A stretch of 64,000 nucleotides of DNA, the filler included, from Rhabdomonas costata (taxonomy: Eukaryota), in assembly GCA_019059605.1 (NCBI GenBank). It is 28 parts of 28 records of this genome, joined end to end, with 100 filler letters (N's around TTAATTAATTAA, not from the genome) between each part and the next. Parts side by side here need not be neighbours in the genome. Positions count along the whole stretch, not along the records: positions 61,842 to 64,000 come from JAHMHO010005140.1; 27 more parts are not named here. One strand, written 5' to 3'. This document shows, one piece after another, positions 63,781 through 64,000 of the stretch. Under the pieces are notes generated by a model that was not told the DNA's origin, made no database searches, and saw only the letters and a program-made list of their open reading frames with translations. A program made the translations under genes and the position numbers. How positions within the stretch are numbered: position 1 is the stretch's first letter; each line of letters starts with the position of its first letter.

Positions 63781-64000
63781 TGTCCCAATATCTCAACCAG
63801 ATATGCCACCCTATCCCATCGTGGCCTCCACACCCACACAAAAAGATGGAGGCCACTCATTGTGAGCTTAAAAGTGTGTCTGTGAAGTGCCTGCCAAGGG
63901 TTCGGCAGAATCCCTCCCTTGTCCACCAGCCCACTTTCCGGCCCAGAAGTCACAGACCTGGAGAGGGTGTTGCCCAGGCCCCACCCAACACACCCACCAC

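Noticed and set aside
1-64000. Functional gene cluster linking GH65, dehydratase, glycosyltransferase and kinase
   Set aside because: They lie on separate contigs concatenated artificially, so adjacency has no biological meaning. No rRNA or tRNA genes were recognised.

Overview
This window is not a continuous locus. It is 28 unrelated contigs of about 2.19 kb each, joined by artificial ~100-nt linkers (N-run, TTAATTAATTAA, N-run). Most contig ends carry G/T-only 5' tails and C/A-only 3' tails, a whole-genome-amplification primer signature, and several ends fold back as hairpins. The DNA is from an intron-rich eukaryote with short GC-rich exons, GT(A/G)(C/T)G-type donors and probable GC-AG introns. 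A flagellate protist, plausibly a euglenid, is inferred but not proven. Most ORFs in the six-frame track are spurious because the real genes are spliced. Genes rebuilt by exon phase include a GH65 disaccharide phosphorylase, a membrane sensor histidine kinase, a PLOD-type glycosyltransferase, the CEP162 C-terminus, a GTPBP1/2 N-terminus, one GDP-mannose dehydratase/epimerase exon and several hypothetical proteins. Mobile DNA includes two decayed Ty3/Gypsy pol fragments and a decayed RNase H-bearing LINE. The most striking observation is 11 conserved codons of the GH65 gene (ALLMFRYYTLD) lying inverted on the opposite strand at their expected position in the exon. The second is an orphan internal exon pointing away from an antisense GTPBP gene. 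Both could be amplification artefacts and need read and transcript checks.
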